Positions 1 to 10,240 of a stretch of 32,517 nucleotides of DNA are shown here, in pieces; position 1 is the first letter of the stretch, and each line of letters starts with the position of its first letter. The notes beneath the pieces were generated by a model. That model did no database searches. It was not told the DNA's origin and saw nothing but the letters and a program-made list of their open reading frames with translations. Source of the DNA: Octopus bimaculoides (lineage: Eukaryota); NCBI RefSeq assembly GCF_001194135.2, contig NC_068987.1, forward strand, positions 22,158,747 through 22,191,263, written 5' to 3'. The position numbers and the translations under genes are program-made.

Positions 1-14
1 TCTCTGTAACTTTC

Positions 15-54
<40 letters not shown>

Positions 55-58
<4 letters not shown>

Positions 59-885
59 TCATTTAATGTCTGTTTTTCATGCTTGCATGGGTGAGTTGGT
101 TAGTTTGACAGGAATTAAATACACTGGACCTGGAGGGATTGCAATCCCAGAGGCACAGTCAGTGCAAGACCTGGGCATTTACATGAGTAATGATGCATCC
201 TTTCATGTGCATGTTGCTAAATTGGCAATGAAATGCAAGCGATTGACCGGATGGATTCTTAGAACTTTTAGAACAAGAGATCAGGAAACCATGATGGTCC
301 TCTGGAGGACACTTGTTCTAAGCCACTTTGACTATTGCTCTCAGCTATGGTCACCAACCAGTGTCAAATTAAACTCAGAACTTCAGGCAATCCAATGAAG
401 CTACGCAAAGAAGATAGCCTCTATGCAGCATATAAGCTATTGGGAAAGACACAAGAGATTAAGACTCTATTCCTTAGAGTGTAGGCGAGAAATATATGCC
501 ATAATATACATCTGGAAGATCCTCGAAGGACTTGTCCCAAACTTTGGCAGCGAAAGTTACATGAATACTATAACTGGGCGCTACTGCATAGTGCCAAGGA
601 CTCCAAATTTGCCATCAAGATGTAGGACAAGATACTGCAAAAGCCTGGGCTTCAGAGGTTCACAGCTCTTCAATATCCTCCCGAAGGACCTGAGAGACCT
701 GCATGGGGTGGATGTAGGTGTCTTCAAGATGAGGCATGGATTGGACAGTTTGATTAGAGCTGGCAAACTTGAGAGCTGCACTTGGTTCCTGTCTGATTTG
801 GCTTAGTTTCTACGGCTGGATGCCCTTCCTAATGCCAACCATTTCGTAGTGTGTATTGGGTACTTTTAACAGCACAAGCACTTTT
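55..885 (-). mobile_element. Family F short retroposon (minus-strand (GAT)n-tailed type), interrupted by the LINE fragment at 114-733
   Basis: CATTTAATGTCTGTTTTTCATGCTTGCATGGG...TTTGACAGGA (60-113) and GCATGGATTGGACAGTTTG...GTTTCTACGGCTGGATGCCCTTCCTAATGCCAACC (734-840) match other copies at 4646-4745, 6168-6335 and 6951-7065. Confidence 0.7.
114..733 (+). mobile_element. Non-LTR retrotransposon fragment (CR1/Jockey/L2-like), C-terminal part of the RT ORF, truncated at both ends
   Basis: ORFs 66-398 and 423-806 are in frame and separated by one TGA (396-398, plausibly from CGA). Motifs DLGIYMSNDASF, GWILRTF, LVLSHFDYCSQLWSP and YWER..RLRLYSLE.RRE.Y..IY.WKILEGLVPN are typical of the post-RT region of these LINEs. 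Confidence 0.9.
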
Positions 886-1010
886 TTGTGGCACTGGCAC
901 ATGGCTCTTGCATACCAATCCTCTTTAAGGCCTTAACACTTCTGCTGTGAAGGGGCTTACTGTATGCATGTGTGTGTGTGTGTGTATGTATATATATATA
1001 TATATATACA

Positions 1011-1230
1011 CTCTCTTTTACTCTTTTACTTGTTTCACTCATTTGACTGCAGCCATGCTGGAGCACCACCTTTAGTCGAGTGAATCGACCCCAGGACTAA
1101 TTCTTTGTAAGCCTAGTACTTATTCTATCGGTCTCTTTTTGCCGAACCGCTAAGTTACGGGGACGTAAACACACCACCATCGGTTGTCAAGCGATGTTGG
1201 GGGGACAAACACAGACACAAACATATACAC

Positions 1231-1266
<36 letters not shown>

Positions 1267-1418
1267 GACGGGCTTCTTTCAGTTTCCGTTTACCAAATCC
1301 ACTCACAGGGCTTTGTTTGGCCCGAGGCTATAGTAGAAGACACTTGCCCAAGTTGCCATGCAGTGGGACTGAACCCAGAACTATTTGGTTGATAAGCAAG
1401 CTACTTACCACACAGCCA
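1011..1418 (-). mobile_element. Family A tRNA-derived SINE, full length, with internal (TA)n spacer
   Basis: Reverse complement matches the copy at 5688-6091 along its whole length: head TGGCTGTGTGGTAAGTAGCTTGCTT, B-box-like GGTTCAGTCCC, tail GCAGTCAAATGA.TGAAACAAGTAAAAGAGTAAAAGAG. Confidence 0.9.
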
Positions 1419-2218
1419 TATATACATATATATGTATGTGTGTGTGTGTGTATGTGCATGTTGTCATTGCTGCTGCTGTTGTTCTTGTTAGTGCTGCCAC
1501 AGATGTAGTTGCTATTGTTGTTACTGTTGTTACTCATGTTGTTGTTGTTGTTGTTGCAGCTTTTTTCAGATCTTCAATCCTCAAACACCAGCAGTTAATC
1601 AGTGTTAAACACATTGATCCAATCCAACCAGCTGTTGAGTGTTATCTGATTAATTTACACCCTGTGTACATTATCACACCCTACCCTGGCACCCACCCCA
1701 CAAAACAACCTTTCCCCTACAAACCTCTACTCTGTACTCCCTTACCTCCACCCCACCCCACCCCACAACGTTTCATCACCACCTCATACCCCTACTCCCT
1801 ACTACCACCACCACCATCATGACCACACAGCGTTTCAATATTTCTCCTCCTCCTCCACTCTGGCATATCCTTTAGCTATTTACTAGCACCCACCCCACTG
1901 CATTTCAGTACCACCACTATCTTTCACCCATCCAACCTTTCACTACCATCCCCCAACCTACTTAGTACCCCCCCCCTCACAACACCTACTGCAACCGTTC
2001 ACTACCACTCCCCCCCTTCTCCACATCCCTACACACCCGACAGTCTTTTCACTTTCACCTCCAAGCCCACACACGCCTCGGCGGTTTTTTTTTACCATTC
2101 CCCCCCTCCATCACACCTTACTGCTTCTGCTAATCTTGGATTAGCGATCACTGCAGATTATTCTAATTTATGTGGAAAGCATGGTTAGCAATGGATTTAA
2201 TGGTATTGCTTCTCAATT

Positions 2219-3110
2219 TTATTGCTTGTGTGACGTCATGTTAGTAGATGTCTTATGTGCTGGTGTGTATGCGTGTGTGTAGATGTGTGTGTGTGTTTGT
2301 GTGTACAGATTCGTGTGTGTGTGTGTGTGTGTTTGTGAGTGTGTGTACTGGTGCTTGTGTATGCACACGTTCGTGTGTGTGTGGAGATGTGTGTGTTTGT
2401 GACTGTGTGTATAGGTTGATTGTGTTTGTGAGTGTGTGTACTGGTGCTTGTGTATGCACATGTTCGTGTGTGTGTTTGTGTGTGTGTGTGTGTGTCCAGA
2501 TGTGTGTATAGGTTGATTGTGTTTGTGAGTGTGTGTACTAGTGCTTGTGTATGCACACGTTTGAGTGTGTGTGTGTGTGTGCAGATGTGTGTGTTTGTGA
2601 CTGTGTGTATAGGTTGATTGTATGTTTGCAAGTGTGTGTACTGGTGCTTGTGTATGCACACCTTTGTATGTATGTGTTTGTGTGTGTGTGCAGGTGCTTG
2701 TGTGTGTCTGTGTATGTGCATGCACAGGTGCTTGTGTGCGAGTGTGTATTTGTGTGTAGATGTGTGTGTGTGTTTGTGTATGTGTATAGGTTGTGTGTGA
2801 GTGTGTGTGTCTGCATGTGCTTCTATGAATGTGCACATCTGTGTAGATGTGTGTGTGTACATGGACTTGTGTTGATGTGTGTGTATATGTACATGTTCTT
2901 GTGCATACGTACAGATATGTGTAAGTGTGTGTGTAAATATAGGTGCATGTGAGTGTTTCTAATGCCGTGCGTGCGTGAGTGTGTGTATTCATATGTACAT
3001 ATGCTTGTGTGGTTGTGTGTGTATATAGATGTGTTTAAATATATGCATATGTGCTTGTGTAAATGTATGTATGTATGTATGTGTGTGCTTATGTAGATGT
3101 GAGTGTGTAG
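2219..3110. repeat. TG-rich compound microsatellite containing a ~93-103 bp higher-order unit
   Basis: GTTTGTGAGTGTGTGTACTGGTGCTTGTGTATGCACA-type unit starts at 2331, 2424, 2521 and 2624. Confidence 0.9.
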
Positions 3111-3262
3111 AGGAACAAGATTGTATTTGCATGTAGATGTGAGTGTACCTGAACAAGATTACGTGTGTGTTTGTGTGTGTGTGTGTTTACGTGAGCAGGA
3201 TTGTACATGTAATATGTATCTGTATATATATATATATATTATGTGCATGAATGTGATTATGT

Positions 3263-3298
<36 letters not shown>

Positions 3299-3600
3299 CA
3301 AGGAGGGGTGGGTGGGGGGATTAGAATGTAATTACTTAGTGTTGTTCATATATATGTCCATCTATGTCAACCTCATTTCAGTAGGTATTAGTGGTGGTGG
3401 TGGTGTGGTGGTGGTGTGGTGGTAATAATCCTTTTCTGAGATCATCTGGGAAATTTACCTGTGGTAACAGCAGCCAACAACAAGGAAACCTGTACGTGGT
3501 CACCTGTACTCCTAGAATTAGCAACCAAATCACACCTTATAAAACTTTTAATAAATAGAAGGACACATTGAATTACAGGATATGTACACTGTTACTGTGT

Positions 3601-3783
3601 TTAGCCCTTTAGCATTTAAATCATCCAGATCTGGCCTCTCCAACCTACCTCACAATGTCATTCTAAGAATAAACAGCACCGCATCAAAATCTCAAAGCTA
3701 CAAGATAATGCATAATTAATTCAAGACAATGTGAATAAATGAGCATTACATTTGAGAAAATAATCTGAATGCTAAAGGATTAA
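3601..3783. mobile_element. Non-autonomous DNA transposon (MITE), piggyBac-like ends
   Basis: Left end TTAGCCCTTTAGCATT and right end AATGCTAAAGGATTAA are near-perfect inverted repeats with TTAA-like termini. The interior matches 18890-19120. Confidence 0.75.
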
Positions 3784-3787
3784 CTGT

Positions 3788-4009
3788 GAAGGCACATGAT
3801 TCAGTGGTTAGAATGTCAGGCTCACATTCATGAGGTAATGAGTTCAATTCCTGGACCAGGCAGTGTGTTGTATTATTGAGCAAGACACTTTATTTCATGT
3901 TCTTCCAGTTCACTCAGCTGTAGAAATGAGTTGTGATGTTATGGTGCCAAGCTATATCAGTTTTTGTCTTTCCTTTGGATAACATTGGTGGTGTGGAGAG
4001 GGGAGGCTG
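3788..4009 (+). mobile_element. Family D tRNA-derived SINE (head, CTCAGCTG core and 3' module)
   Basis: A-box-like TGATTCAGTGG, B-box-like GAGTTCAATTCC and core TTGAGCAAGACACTT...CCAGTTCACTCAGCTGTAGAAATGAGT, shared with 18152, 22512 and 23791. Confidence 0.8.
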
Positions 4010-4645
4010 TTGTTGTTGATGTTGTTCTCCCCACCACCACCATTAGCGATGTTACTAACTAGGTATGTGACAGGGGTCAACAGTCTCTGGCCCTTCAGCC
4101 TGATTGGTTGCTGCTGTGCCTACCTAATAATCTGAATTGTCTTGAGGTTAATAAAAAATAACAACCTTCCTTGGTTAAAAATTGCAAAGTGGCTGTAATG
4201 GTCATACTATTTCTGGAAAAAAGAATGGGCCACTGTATATGCTTTGGTTGACCAGGCAATAGGTCAGTGTCCACACTTTTTCTTCATTTTATGTCATAAT
4301 GTTAATAAATCGTCATTAAAACATCTTGACAACTAATAGAAAGATTCATCTTCATCATATTTAATGTCCACTTTTCCATGTTTTCAGTGTTTTGGACAGA
4401 GTTTATTGAGGCAGATTTTCTATGTTTTGATGCCCTTCCTGTCACCACCCCTCACCCATTTCCTACCCAGGTTATATTTCCCCCATGCAAGATATGTACT
4501 TGCAGAATGTTGGAAATGAATGACACTGCTTGTATGACAGGGACACTCATTTACAACTCTCACATGATTTCGAGACTAGGAGACACAAACACATACACAT
4601 ATATACATATGTACATATATAGCCTGTCATATGTCTATATATATA

Positions 4646-4742
4646 TCATCGTTTAATGTCCACCTTCCATGCTAACATGGGTTGGATGGTTTGACAGGAA
4701 CCAACCAGGTAGAAGACTACGCCAGGCTACTGTGTCTGTTTT

Positions 4743-4745
<3 letters not shown>
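4646..4745 (-). mobile_element. Family F retroposon 3' fragment
   Basis: CATCGTTTAATGTCCACCTTCCATGCTAACATGGGTTGGATGGTTTGACAGGAAC is the reverse complement of the tail at about 6265-6320. Confidence 0.7.
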
Positions 4746-4777
<32 letters not shown>

Positions 4778-4994
4778 NNNNNNNNNNNNNNNNNNNNNNN
4801 NNNNNNNNNNNNNNNNNNNNNNNNNNNNNNNNNNNNNNNNNNNNNNNNNNNNNNNNNNNNNNNNNNNNNNNNNNNNNNNNNNNNNNNNNNNNNNNNNNNN
4901 NNNNNNNNNNNNNNNNNNNNNNNNNNNNNNNNNNNNNNNNNNNNNNNNNNNNNNNNNNNNNNNNATATATATATATATATATATATAAAGCTGA

Positions 4995-5135
4995 TTGGTT
5001 TTGGCTTCTCTCTACTAACTCCACTTACAATGTTTTGGTCAGCCCACGGCTATAGTAGAAAAAACTTGCTCTGCAGAGACTGAACCTGGGACCTTGTGGT
5101 TGGGAAGCAATTTTCTTATCACACAGCTGTGCTTG
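4995..5135 (-). mobile_element. Family A SINE 5' fragment (degenerate)
   Basis: GGTCAGCCCACGGCTATAGTAGAA...GACTGAACCTGGGACC...CTTATCACACAGC matches the family A head and body. Confidence 0.7.
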
Positions 5136-5582
5136 AATCTATAAAAGCAGATTTTAAAATAAAACTTCCAAAATAAACTTGCAATAAGGTCATAAATAAA
5201 AATAAAAATGGTCTTGCTACTAGGAATACAAGAATTTTCTAATCATCATTAAAGTACTTACTAGAGATCATTAAAAAAAAAACTTATTACCAATCTTTAA
5301 AAAAAATATATAAGATTTCTTATTGATCATTAAAAAAAAAATTGACTTGCTGCAGGTGATAAACATGGTATTACAGTTTGGTCATTAATAATTTACTGCA
5401 AGTCATAAATATGTTATGCTAGTCATAAGTTATGTCAGTCATAAACTGTGTGACAATATAAAATCACTGCAGCTCATAAATTCTATGTTTAGATGCTTGT
5501 TGTTGTTTGTTTAACCATAGGCCTGTTCTGAACAAGCAGGTATAGAATTAACTCTTTCACTGTGGAAAGCAGTAGAAGACAC

Positions 5583-5889
5583 TTTGAGCAAGTGTCTTCT
5601 ACTTTAGCCCTGGGTTGACCAAAGCCTTGTGAGTGGATTTGATAGATGGGAAATGAAAGAAGCCTTATATATATATATATATATATAAGGCACAGGAGTG
5701 GCTGTGTGGTAAGTAGCTTGCTTACTAACCACATAGTTCCGGGTTCAGTCCAACTGCGTGGCACCTTGAGCAAGTGTCTTCTACTATACCCTCGGGCCGA
5801 CCAAAGCCTTGTGAATAGATTTGATTGATGGAAACTGAAAGAAGCCCGTCGTATATATGTATATATATATGTGTGTGTTTGTGTGTCTG

Positions 5890-5923
<34 letters not shown>

Positions 5924-6091
5924 CATGTCTGATGCTGGTGTGTTTACGTCCCCGTAACTTAGCAGTTTGGCAAAAGAGACCGATAGAATAAGTACTAGGC
6001 TTACAATGAAGAAGTCCTGGGGTCGATTTGCTCGACTAAAGGCGGTGCTCCAGCATGGCCGCAGTCAAATGATTGAAACAAGTAAAAGAGT
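5583..6091 (+). mobile_element. Family A SINE body fragment (5583-5666) followed by a full-length family A SINE (5688-6091) sitting in (TA)n
   Basis: AGGCACAGGAGTGGCTGTGTGGTAAGTAGCTTGCTT...GGCGGTGCTCCAGCATGGCCGCAGTCAAATGATTGAAACAAGTAAAAGAG with TA runs on both sides. Confidence 0.9.
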
Positions 6092-6167
6092 ATATATAAT
6101 ATATATATGTATGTATAAATGAGAGGCTATATCTGTACATATATGTATATGTGTGTGTTTGTGTCTC

Positions 6168-6335
6168 CACTCTGCATAGCGGTTGGTATTAGGAAGAACA
6201 TCCTGCTGTAAAAAAACCATGCCAAAACAGACACAGAAGTCTGGTGTAGTCTTCTGCCTAGCCAGTTCCTGTCAAATCATCCAACTCATTCCAGCATGGA
6301 AGAAGGAAGTTAAATGATGATGATAATGATGGTGA
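6168..6335 (+). mobile_element. Family F retroposon with (GAT)n tail
   Basis: GGTTGGTATTAGGAAGAACATCCTGCTGTA...CCAGTTCCTGTCAAATCATCCAACTCATTCCAGCATGGAA...TTAAATGATGATGATAATGATG. Confidence 0.75.
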
Positions 6336-7065
6336 TGAAATCAATTGTATCCATTCAAAAGCAGTATTATATACCAATCTATATCTTTTTTTGAGAAATG
6401 TCATGTTTGAAGCTATTTTTTGTTGAGATATGTCAAGTTTATTGAGGCTGCGTGACTTGCAGAAAATACCCATTCTGTTATTTTTTTTTTGTAGATATTT
6501 AGCGTTATTACTGGAAATAACCTCGAAATTTAATTTCACACTGAAAGGGTTAAGGGTATTCCAACAATGACCATGTTTGTGGAATGGAGCTGCAGAAGTG
6601 GGGGAAGATGTGAGAAATGTTCAATGTTGGTCTGAGTTGGGGGGTGCTCGACATTTGTATGGATGGTGCTTGTGGATCACAACAGTGGTGAAAGGTTATG
6701 ACGGAGGAAACCCACCAAACGCATGCAATTATAGTAGGATTTGAACTGAAAATGTTAAGGTAGTATCACCATTATCATCATCATCATCATCATGATACAA
6801 TTCGTCATCAGATAAACAATGATGACGCAATTTCACACCAATCTTATAATTATTGAGATAGCTGCTAGTAAAATATCAACATAATTATTGAGATTTGTGA
6901 CACATTTCTCACTGTCAAACAAGAGAAGTATTAGTAATTTTAACTGTTACCATCATCATCATCATCATCATCATCATCATATGTCCAGTTTTCATGTTGG
7001 CATGGGTTGGACGGTCCAACAGGATCCAATGAGTTGGAGCACTGCATTGAGTTCCTTTCCTACAT

Positions 7066-7460
7066 GGCACCAGGCCAGCAAGTTTGAGGGAGGGGTAAGT
7101 TGATTACATCGATCCCCAGTGCTCATCTGGTACCTTTTTTATCAACCCTGAAAGAATGAAAGGCAAAAACGACCTCAGCAGAATTTGAACTCATAATGTA
7201 TACACAGACAAAATGCCACTAAGCATTCTGCCCAGTGTGCTAACGATTCTGCCAACTCACTTCCTTGGATACCTTAAATAATGGTTTTAAGCTTTGGCAC
7301 AAGGCCAGCAATTTCAGCGAAGCGGGTAAGTTGTTTACATCGACCCCAGTGCTCAACTGGTACTTATTTTAACGACCCTTAAAGGATGAAAGGCAAAGTC
7401 AACCTCGTGGAATTTGAAGTCAAAATGTAGAGACAAGCAAAATGGCACTAAGTATTTGCC
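7066..7460 (-). mobile_element. Two head-to-tail family C SINEs (7066-7266 and 7281-7460), flanked by family F pieces (6951-7065 and about 7509-7555)
   Basis: GGGTAAGTTG.TTACATCGA.CCCCAGTGCTCA.CTGGTAC...GAATTTGAA.TCA.AATGTA occurs twice and is the reverse complement of the copy at 29323-29560. Confidence 0.85.
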
Positions 7461-7745
7461 CCCCCCCTCCATACTACTGCTTCTTCCAGCTCATCACCTT
7501 GGTTACCCCTAATAATGCCAACCATCTTACAGAGTGTACTGGGTGCTCTTTTGTTTTTGATTTTTGCTCTCCATGGTATTGGCACAAATGAGGATTTTAT
7601 ATTATATTTATGTTTGTCTTCTGCCTTAGTCCTTCTGCATTTTTGACGTTGAAAATAATAAAAACCACATGGGGTAGGAATTAGAAATAAAAAAGGAAGC
7701 ACTACAAAATTATATAAACATGAAATATTAAGGAAAGTTTAATAC

Positions 7746-7781
<36 letters not shown>

Positions 7782-8153
7782 GGATATGATGTAGAATTAG
7801 TTTGAAATTAATTATCATTTTATATTATGAAGTGTATGCAGAGTTGGGTGGAGGGTGTTGCGAAGAGAGAGAGAGAGAGAAGTGGTGTGGGGTGTCTATT
7901 TTACACCACTTTTTCTTTCTCTGTTACACTATCTTCTCCTCACCCACTCCTTCTACCTCCCTCATCTTCCTCCTCTTCCTCTTTCTCCTTCTCTTCTTTC
8001 TCCTCCTCTCCCTCTGTTGTCTGTCTAGAGGTGATAAAAGAATGGATCATGTCTGCTGATGACAACCAATGAAACTAAAAGTTTTCTTTTAAAAAAAACA
8101 AAAACTTAACGAAACCAAATGACTAAACAAAAGGAATAAACACATACACGCAC

Positions 8154-8292
8154 ATGAACACACACAAACACATATATATGAACACACGCAGACACAAATT
8201 CACAAACTCACACATAAACAAACATGAACATATACAAATTCACATATACCTCAAACAGCCACACATACACACAGAGATATACACCACAAGCC

Positions 8293-8334
<42 letters not shown>

Positions 8335-8750
8335 NNNNNNNNNNNNNNNNNNNNNNNNNNNNNNNNNNNNNNNNNNNNNNNNNNNNNNNNNNNNNNNNNN
8401 NNNNNNNNNNNNNNNNNNNNNNNNNNNNNNNNNNNNNNNNNNNNNNNNNNNNNNNNNNNNNNNNNNNNNNNNNNNNNNNNNNNNNNNNNNNNNNNNNNNN
8501 NNNNNNNNNNNNNNNNNNNNNNNNNNNNNNNNNNNNNNNNNNNNNNNNAGATTGATAGACAGACAGACAGATAAATAAATTGAGAGGGAAAGAGATAGAT
8601 AGACACACACACACACACACACACACACACTTATATATATGGACATGCAAATACATAAACACACACACACACACACACACATACACAAACTGCATACACA
8701 AACATACCTACATATACAAACACAAAACACACCCACATACACACAGAACT
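8154..8750. repeat. CA-rich simple repeats around an assembly gap (N 8335-8548)
   Basis: Pure (CA)n runs and a degenerate CA-rich tract. Confidence 0.9.
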
Positions 8751-9071
8751 GGTGCACAAATAAAACAAGTAGTGGTTGTAGTGTAGGCGGAAGTTGTACT
8801 GGTGTTGTAGTAGTTGCACGTGTAATAGTAATAGTTGTTGTGTTCTGGTGATGCTGTGTTATTATAGTGTGGGTAGTAGTGGATGGTTACAGTGTAGTGT
8901 AGCACTGGTAGTAGTGCTAAGTGGTTGTGGTTGTAGCGGCGGTGGTAGTGAATGATCATTGTTGTAGTAGTTATTGCTGTTTAGCCCTAAGTTATCTCTC
9001 GTCAAGCAGACCTATAATCAAAAGCAATCCAGCCATGACCACTCTGTCTTTTACAAAAATGCAAAACAAAT

Positions 9072-9277
9072 AGGCGCAGGTGTGGCTGTGTGGTAAGATG
9101 ATTGCTTCTGAACTACATGGTTCCAGGTTCAGTCCCACTGCATGGCACTTTGGGTGTCTTCTACTTTAGCTTTGGGCTGACCAAAGCCTTGTGAATAGGT
9201 TTTGTAGATGCAAACTGAAAGGAACCCATTGTATATATATATATATGTGTGTGTGTGTGTATATAAACACACACACA

Positions 9278-9316
<39 letters not shown>

Positions 9317-9897
9317 ATAGAAAATGGGACAAGAATGCAAAACATCCAGACAGTTAGGTGATACAAAAAAGGGACAATAAAACATCCAGATAGACGATAC
9401 AAAGAAAACAAGGACGGGTCATTTGGAGTTTTCTTTCCTCAGTCGAGCTCCAGATCATCTTTACAATTTCAGCTAGTTATACTCGAGATTGCTCCAATCT
9501 GGCCAGCCCCAAGGAAAAACTAAGCTAAGAGCATTAGATTCCTTGGAAGAAAGCAGCGAATGTATACAAAAACAAGGACGGAAAAAACAAAAAAAAACGG
9601 AGAATGTTACACAAATACAAATAACAGGACATAACAACAGGTGTCTTTATTGTATATATCTATGTGTGTATGTATCTTTGGGTCTATGTTTGTCCCCCCC
9701 CCCATCACTGCTTGACAACCGGTGTTGGTATGTTTACATCCCTGTAACTTAGCAGTTTGGCAGAGAAGTGACTGATAGAATAAGTACTAGTCTTAAGAAA
9801 TAAGTCCTGGGGTTTGATTTGTTCTACTAAAACCCTTCAAGGTGGTGCTCCAGCATGGACGCTGTCAAATGACTGAAACAAGGCAAAATAAAAGTAT
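9072..9897 (+). mobile_element. Family A SINE (head 9072-9230, tail 9660-9897) split by an insertion in its microsatellite spacer
   Basis: Head AGGCGCAGGTGTGGCTGTGTGGTAAG...AACTGAAAGGAACCC, then (TA)/(TG)/(CA) runs and an unrelated insert, then tail GCTTGACAACCGGTGTTGG...GGTGGTGCTCCAGCATGG...GTCAAATGACTGAAACAAG. Confidence 0.85.
9316..9647. mobile_element. Unclassified ~330-bp element inserted at a (TA)n run
   Basis: Interrupts a family A SINE and abuts (TA)n. It has internal direct repeats GGGACAA..AAAACATCCAGA (9326, 9371) and AAAACAAGGACGG (9405, 9569). Confidence 0.5.
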
Positions 9898-10044
9898 AAG
9901 GAACACATCACATTATCCAATATATCCCACCACTTTTTTTTTCTTTTGATGATAGGTGAATGTGATTTAAGGGATGTTTGACTGCTATTTCTAGCAGATC
10001 CCATGACCCTATAGAAACTTGATGGTGTAGTGAGCAAAGATGCT

Positions 10045-10240
10045 TGTTGTTGTTGTTGTTGTTTAGCCCCGAGCCAGACTTATTAATCAAAGGCATCCCA
10101 GTTGTGATAATCCTGTCTTTTGTGTGTGTATGTGTGTGTTTTCTTTAGGCACAATGTATCTGGGACTACATTATCCAGTGTGTTTTTCCTCTTTTAAGCT
10201 AGCAGGGTATGAAATGAGGGAAAGTTATCTGCTAGTTCTA
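10045..10240 (-). mobile_element. Family E short retroposon with (AAC)n tail; other fragments at about 3490-3595, 8976-9052, 9905-10008, 17500-17696, 19550-19610 and 19728-19845
   Basis: Recurrent motifs GTTGTTTAGCCCC, ATCAAAGGCAT.CCAG, GGGACTACATTATCCA and TAGAAATA.CAGCCAA in both orientations across the window. Confidence 0.65.

Noticed and set aside
1679-1764. C-run cluster giving a minus-strand G-quadruplex motif (GGGGTGGGTGCCAGGGTAGGG)
   Set aside because: It lies in a low-complexity C/A-rich tract where such motifs are expected by chance, with no functional context.
2331-2665. Regularly spaced repeats suggestive of a CRISPR array
   Set aside because: The spacers are near-identical TG-rich sequence, the context is eukaryotic, and there are no cas genes.
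5240-5490. Recurring GATCATTAAAAAA and AGTCATAA motifs
   Set aside because: They are short, irregularly spaced and AT-rich, and cannot be distinguished from local slippage.
9410-9450. CTGAGGA on the minus strand as a possible hammerhead core
   Set aside because: No convincing stem II, GAAA and stem III arrangement can be built from this copy.
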